Assembly: GCF_964194025.1 (NCBI RefSeq)
Contig: NC_134471.1
Span: forward strand, 25,358,001 to 25,422,000
Origin: Convolutriloba macropyga
Lineage: Eukaryota
Length of the DNA stretch: 64,000 bases
Direction of reading: 5' to 3'
Each line of letters opens with the position of its first letter. Positions within the stretch are counted from its first letter, which is position 1. Below, piece after piece: positions 62,113-64,000 of this stretch. The position numbers and the translations under genes are program-made. The notes beneath the pieces were generated by a model, which saw only the letters and a list, made by a program, of their open reading frames with translations, did no database searches and had not been told where the DNA came from.

Positions 62113-63366
62113 TTAGTTTTTTTGTTGACTAAATGGAAAATTCATACCTCTCATATTTCTATTTTGAGGAATACTTGCACGATTGAACTGGTTTGCTTGC
62201 TGACTACCATATCGGTTTTGTGATGGGCTATCATAAACTATTCCCTGTCTAAGAAGGATTTGAGGGGTATTTTTTGTTGGGAACCGATAAATTTGTCTAT
62301 TAACATCAGCTGGTTGAACTAATGGGGGGTTATCTGAAGGTTCAGTCCAATAATTCCGAGTTTGTGGCTGTTCATTATAATGATATGGTCTAGGAGCGTT
62401 AAATTGTGGTCTAAACTCTCGGTAATTATTAGAACGGGGGGATTATTGTTGCTGGGGCCGATAGTTTTGCCGAAATTGACGATAATTGGGCTGATATTGA
62501 CGGTAATTTTGTCGATAATTCTGATATTGAGGGCGGAAATTTTTTCTATAACTTTGTTTGTAGACTTGTTGTGGGTAATGTGGTGTGAAAATGTTTGCTG
62601 GGCCTAATTCTGTTTGCTCAGTTTTAGGTGCTGTTCTCTGTTCAAGCTTCTGCTCAAGTTCTTTTTGATTATTTGAAATAACAGTTATTGCTTTTAACAT
62701 TTTATCAGTGTTTGTTTCAGTTATTTCATTAAATCCGTCATCAAAGTACTCTTCTCTGTTGCACATCTCCCTAATTGCAATCTGTTGGCTAGCTAAGGTG
62801 CATAATTGATCAATGGTATCTGTATCTGGCCTTTCTAAGAGCTTAGACTTAAGCCAATTTGGCATAGACTTAATAAAGAAGTGCTTTATTTGTTCGTTTT
62901 TTCTATTTTCTGACATCTGAAGGGCAGATTCTCTTGCTGCCGTCTCTCTTTTGAATCTACGGGCTTTAGGTTCACCTGCTCCTGCTGGCGCTACTACTAT
63001 GTAATGTGCTGGATATGCTTTATTGGCTTCAGTTCTTAACTTTACTAAGAAATTTTTTACAGTGTCTGTTTTTGGATTAAACTTTTGATTCTCTAACTTT
63101 ATGACTCTCATCTCTCTCAAGTCATCCTGCGTGAATCTATTTCTTAGAGCTGTTATACTGTCTTCGAAGACTAGTCTGGTAGCCTCTGGTAGAGTTAAGA
63201 AGTATCGTAAAGCGTCTCCTTTTAAATGTAACTGTAAAAAGTTCGCTTGTTGCACGTTTGCGATTGCTGCTACTCCGATTGCACCTGTTATTAGTTGTTC
63301 GAACTCGTTAAAATTGTCCCTTTCTGATCCGGAAAAAGGCGTGATGTTGATTTGCGCGTGTGCCAT
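62113..63366 (-). pseudogene. gag: Gypsy gag (one frameshift at ~62443) with a Q/N/R/Y/P-rich C-terminus
   Basis: PFSG..F..FE...LHLKGDALRYF..L.NRF capsid-type pattern; reading continues in another frame to TAA at 62113. Confidence 0.85.
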
Positions 63367-64000
63367 TTTGCTTTTTACCCGATTAGATTACATACTTTTC
63401 GTTAAATCAGTCTTACTTTCGTTCTAAAGTATTAAATAGCACACTTAACTTAACTCAATGGAGAAATTAAGGGGTTTTAAGAGATGAAAACAGTTAACTG
63501 AATAGCACAAGAATATCAGAAAAGAAACTACTGAAACCCTTCGTTTAGAGAATAATAAAGACTTATATCGTTGAAGCCGTATGGGCCGCCGAAGTCTCAC
63601 CTCTTAAGAGTGCCCATTAGTCTAGGAAAAATTGTGGGGACCACGACCGCACAGGCCTTGTGGAAGCTGCACTCAGATAGGCAACAGCATAATGACCGAA
63701 GTCACTGTTTGATTCATCAACCTCCGGAGCTGGGCTGGGAAATAAAATATAATTGTTTTATTATTCTGTTTAAAATTTTGTTTTGCCCTCTTTTAGTTAA
63801 TGTTTAAGTGATGGTTTCAGTAATTTAGCTTATCCTGATGTTATCTGATAATCAGTAATTATGTTTTCAAGGTTAATGTCTCTGTCAGATTGAAGTTTGT
63901 TGCAAATAAGGCCAAATTTGCGAACTTTTTGATTTAGACTTTTTGCTGTCCAATAAATTGCAACACGTTTATCATCTTTATCTAGCACATAAATGACAAT

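Larger units (their letters stand above)
47044..64000 (-). mobile_element. Giant env-bearing Ty3/Gypsy (Metaviridae-like) LTR retroelement, >17 kb; 5' LTR lies beyond the window
   Basis: Minus-strand gag, PR-RT-RH-IN, macrodomain, env, then an LTR; PR-RT-RH-IN order is diagnostic of Gypsy. Confidence 0.9.

Overview
AT-rich, repeat-dense eukaryotic (invertebrate animal-like) genomic DNA with spliceosomal introns; no prokaryotic features. From left to right: (1) a ~1.6-kb tandemly duplicated unit built from several degenerate minus-strand tRNA-like modules (1-5.5 kb); (2) a spliced minus-strand gene for a SUEL/rhamnose-binding-lectin-domain protein (6.1-9.5 kb); (3) a mosaic of near-identical duplications and MITEs (10-19.4 kb); (4) a complete 8-exon sterol O-acyltransferase gene (SOAT/ACAT, MBOAT family, ~577 aa, 24.6-39.1 kb) with one GC-AG intron; (5) a decayed Ty1/copia element (42.6-47.0 kb); (6) a very large (>17 kb, running off the window) minus-strand Ty3/Gypsy element inserted at the copia polypurine tract. 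The Gypsy element is the standout. Besides gag, pro-pol and a class-I-fusion-type env, it carries a TARG1/OARD1-type macrodomain after integrase, an array of hairpin modules, and an antisense, intron-containing 5-exon gene that reconstructs to an integrase-type YPYY/H2C2 N-terminus joined to an OTU-like protease domain. All domain calls are by-eye motif recognition, not database searches.
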